Sequence record: NC_061418.1
Direction: 5' to 3' (one strand)
DNA length: 64,000 bases
Part shown: in pieces, positions 61,015-64,000 of the stretch
Position numbering within the stretch: the stretch's first letter is position 1
Layout: every line of letters starts with the position of its first letter
Made by a program: the position numbers and the translations under genes
The notes under the pieces: model-generated
What the model was told of the DNA's origin: nothing
What the model saw: only the letters and a program-made list of their open reading frames with translations
The model's database searches: none

Positions 61015-61554
61015 TCAGCGTGTTATTGGATTCTGTATTTTCACGAACGTAGAGAAACGGCATCCCTCGTCTTCCCCGAATTCATGCGACTCAAGGGTCC
61101 AACCACGGTGAACGGTAGTATAAGAGAATAGTTTACTGAGTTCTTGGATAAGATCAATGTCGAGCGGAACATTCCCTTTGGAGCGAATAGGGATTTCCGT
61201 CACGTAAAGCTTCTGTACCCGATCTAATAGTTGTTTGTAGATACTTACCCCTCCGCAGATAACAATCTCGTTGTAGCCTTTTCTAGAGGCGTCTACAGCG
61301 ATATCTTCAAATGAGCTATACGCGAGGAGTTCGGGGGTGTTTTCAAACTGACTGGGATCAGAGGTCAGAACATAATGGGCTCGTCCGGGTAAAGCCCGGC
61401 CAATACCCTTAGCCGTAGTAGACCCCATGACGATGGCTTTATTTTTGGTTTTTCTTACAAACCATGAAAGGTCTTCTTTTGATTTCCAAGCAAGTTTATC
61501 ATCTTGTCCGATAATGTAATCGAGATCGTGCGCGACAATCATTGAAAATAACAT
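61015..61554 (-). CDS. folA: dihydrofolate reductase
   Basis: IVAHD...IG.DDKLAW..KEDL.WF, IVMGSTT, LPGRAHYVLT and ICGGVSIY motifs; start ATG 61554 after AAGGA. Confidence 0.9.
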   Translation of the reverse strand: MLFSMIVAHDLDYIIGQDDKLAWKSKEDLSWFVRKTKNKAIVMGSTTAKGIGRALPGRAHYVLTSDPSQFENTPELLAYSSFEDIAVDASRKGYNEIVICGGVSIYKQLLDRVQKLYVTEIPIRSKGNVPLDIDLIQELSKLFSYTTVHRGWTLESHEFGEDEGCRFSTFVKIQNPITR

Positions 61555-61682
61555 GTTGATTTCCTTAATAGCGGGTTCAAAATAATTTAGATTGGCGTGA
61601 TAATAGAGGTGATGACTTCGCATTAACCCGTTTCTTGTGACAAGAAACAAGCTATATCCACACGGTTTGGAGTGCCAACTAC

Positions 61683-63989
61683 ATGAATATTATTTCGATG
61701 CCATCCAATCAGTTTAGATTGATCGATAGCGGGAGAGCCGCCAACTCAGGCTCTTTGTATATCGGCAAGATTAATACTGACCCCACGGTGCTAAGTAATC
61801 AATTGACAGTAACCGCAATGAAAACAGACGGTACGGTATCTACTATTTCACAACCCATTGCTCTAAACAGCAATGGGATACCTGTTGATAATTTAGGTAA
61901 CACAGTTACTCTTTCGGTAGAAACGCATTACAGCGTGACGATTTTAGACGCCTACGGGAAAATTCAACAGAATATACCTGTAAATTTTGTTGAAGAAATA
62001 GGGAGTTTTGCCGCTCTCCGCGCGCTGCCGGTTTTCAGAACAGGGCAAAAAATTTATTTGCGCAGTTGGCATGAAGGTCAAGCTTTAGGTGGAGGGGAAT
62101 TTGTGGGTTTCACCGGATCAGCTACAGATGACGGTGGTGTAATCGCGGCAGGAAACGGATTTTATTGGCAGCGCGTAGAGAGATTATCACTAGATTTAAC
62201 AATGTTTGGTGCAATCCCGAATTCAATATCACCTACTTTTGATTCGACAAATTATGTCCAAAAAGCATTTGATTACGCATCAAAAGCCTCGGCGAGTGAA
62301 ATTACTGTTTCTGGCTTTTATAATATTTTCAGCACAACTACTACTTTAACGCTTCCTGGAGATGACGGTACTGTTTATCCGGGATGGGTAAATAACGGGG
62401 ACAGTAATCTCTCACCGGAGACTATTTACACGCAACCAGTGTGCCTTAAATTAACTGGTAGAGTAACTATTCGCGGATCAGATGTAAATAAAGACGGATT
62501 TGTAGGGAATTGGTCAATAAATTCGTCTCCTATAGATACCGATCAGCCGATTGGTATTCTTTTTACTGCTGGGAGTAAATATCAAGGGACTGTAATATAT
62601 AATTTAATTAATATCAATATTTCTAATTTCTTTATAGGTAGAGTAGTAGAAGGAACGGCAGAACAATCCTTTGAACAAATTAAAGTTTCTAATTGCGCCA
62701 TAGCCGGTATATTTCAGGGCATTGAACGTTGTTCTGCCGGAACCTTACATTTCTCAGGTAACTACACAGGAGATATTCACGGTGGTTGGTGGACGCAAAG
62801 AAATGATAGTAACAATAACCCGTATTTACCGCCGTATCCAGCGACAGACGTATGGTCATTAGGTTGGACCGATTTTTATAAAGTTGATTTTGTTGTTTAT
62901 GGGCAAGTTGATCAAGCTTTCGGTGATCGACATAAGAGTGTTGATACTTATTTTGATACTTATTTCTACAAAAACGCCAATAGTGCAAAAACTTCGGCAG
63001 GCGGGAGATTATCTAATAATACCGGCGGGACAGCTTCAAAAATGAGCCCTTATCGTGGGGTAGTAGGGAGAGTCCTTACTGTTTATTCTCGCTACGGTCG
63101 CGCAGCTGCTTCTTACGAAATTAAATCAGTCAAAGTTTTAGGCCCTCATAGAGCACCGTTTTTCTTTAATAACGAGAATGGGATAGTGACGTATCTTTGT
63201 TCTATCAATAATATTTATCTAGAGGGCGTTGGTTTAATTCAACGTTCTTTGGGTTCTTCTGCGACTGGAAATTTCTTTGGTGTTGATAATCGAGATGTTT
63301 ATAGACCCGAAGGTTATGGTATCGGTTATTTAGTTGCACACGGGTTCAATTCTGACAAGGTGGTACTCTCGTCAAACTGTCAACTAGCTGCATATTCTGC
63401 CAATGGGATAGGGACGAATAACCCGCTTTCGGTTTCTATTACATATCCTAGTAAAGGAGCAAAACAAACCAGAGATCCGTTTTTAGTTTCAATTTTTGAT
63501 GAAAACGGTTATCGGATAATAGGTAGTATTAATGAAAGTCGTGCGATACTGCCTCATGGTTCGTTGGGTTCTTACGAGGATTTTGTCTATGCTGGAAAAA
63601 TAAGTTTTATCCCAACGCTTTTTGTAAATGGGGTTGAATATACTAATTTAGAAACTGCTGTAGGTACAGGTAAGATTGTAGGTAAAATTTTCTTCTTCTC
63701 CCTAAAACTATTTAAAAACGGCGCGTTGGCTTACCCTTCTGGTCCAATAACTATAGGTAACTTACCTGTAAGTGTTGCAAGTGGCGGTAATTCGATTTCA
63801 AGTATCGAGGTTAAAAACATTATCGGCGCGACTGATGCAATGAATTTAAAGGCAAGTATTACAAATACGACCTTAAAAATTTTAAGCGGAGTCTCGGCAA
63901 CCACGTTTAACGCGGCAAACCTGAACACTAGTGCTGGAAATGCGCCTTATATTTACTACGATGTAGCGGGGTATTATGAGATAGCTTAA
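61683..63989 (+). CDS. tailspike / depolymerase with a P22-type head-binding N-terminal domain
   Basis: N-terminus (GSLYIGKINTDP..NQL.V..DG...ISQPI.LNSNG) aligns with P22 gp9 (GKIYIGQIDTDP..NQIPV..DG..ITQPL.INAAG); DLTMFGA beta-helix cap; GGAG RBS. Confidence 0.85.
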   Translation: MNIISMPSNQFRLIDSGRAANSGSLYIGKINTDPTVLSNQLTVTAMKTDGTVSTISQPIALNSNGIPVDNLGNTVTLSVETHYSVTILDAYGKIQQNIPVNFVEEIGSFAALRALPVFRTGQKIYLRSWHEGQALGGGEFVGFTGSATDDGGVIAAGNGFYWQRVERLSLDLTMFGAIPNSISPTFDSTNYVQKAFDYASKASASEITVSGFYNIFSTTTTLTLPGDDGTVYPGWVNNGDSNLSPETIYTQPVCLKLTGRVTIRGSDVNKDGFVGNWSINSSPIDTDQPIGILFTAGSKYQGTVIYNLININISNFFIGRVVEGTAEQSFEQIKVSNCAIAGIFQGIERCSAGTLHFSGNYTGDIHGGWWTQRNDSNNNPYLPPYPATDVWSLGWTDFYKVDFVVYGQVDQAFGDRHKSVDTYFDTYFYKNANSAKTSAGGRLSNNTGGTASKMSPYRGVVGRVLTVYSRYGRAAASYEIKSVKVLGPHRAPFFFNNENGIVTYLCSINNIYLEGVGLIQRSLGSSATGNFFGVDNRDVYRPEGYGIGYLVAHGFNSDKVVLSSNCQLAAYSANGIGTNNPLSVSITYPSKGAKQTRDPFLVSIFDENGYRIIGSINESRAILPHGSLGSYEDFVYAGKISFIPTLFVNGVEYTNLETAVGTGKIVGKIFFFSLKLFKNGALAYPSGPITIGNLPVSVASGGNSISSIEVKNIIGATDAMNLKASITNTTLKILSGVSATTFNAANLNTSAGNAPYIYYDVAGYYEIA

Positions 63990-64000
63990 AGAAAAAAAAA

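Noticed and set aside
1-64000. CRISPR array, tRNA or rRNA genes, integrase or transposase
   Set aside because: No regularly spaced repeats, no cloverleaf with a T-loop GTTC motif and no recombinase motifs seen by eye; tRNAscan-SE and a CRISPR finder would confirm

Overview
This 64 kb window comes from a lytic jumbo myovirus of the phiKZ/SPN3US-like group (Chimalliviridae-type), probably infecting an enterobacterium. The placement rests on the head/tail morphogenesis block: large terminase (8759-10933), three baseplate/virion genes, divergent tail sheath and tube, and an AxE/SxE-processed internal head protein. Around this core are long minus-strand accessory operons. They carry recurring candidate early promoters (ATGTATATAT-type and TATATCACNNTATTG-type) and many intrinsic terminators. 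Plus-strand islands (two tailspikes, a glycosyltransferase pair, an endolysin, a head protein) mostly have TATG-type late promoter candidates. Auxiliary genes include tdk, folA, phoH, a Prs-like + NAMPT-like pair (probable NARP1 NAD+ reconstitution), a Mesh1/SpoT-type HD hydrolase, DHH and HAD phosphatases, a stand-alone SLOG protein, a YgiB-like lipoprotein and two peptidoglycan hydrolases. Several short ORFs missing from the supplied track are well supported. The most striking is a 55-aa acidic protein ending DDCEGGACKI, nearly identical to the redox-active C-terminal tail of E. coli NrdA. Other notable items are a repeated hairpin-AACTAAACC-Shine-Dalgarno leader element, a three-gene exported-protein operon and a P22-type head-binding domain on a myovirus tailspike. 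I saw no tRNA, CRISPR array, integrase or transposase. All family calls come from motif recognition by eye; no database search was run.
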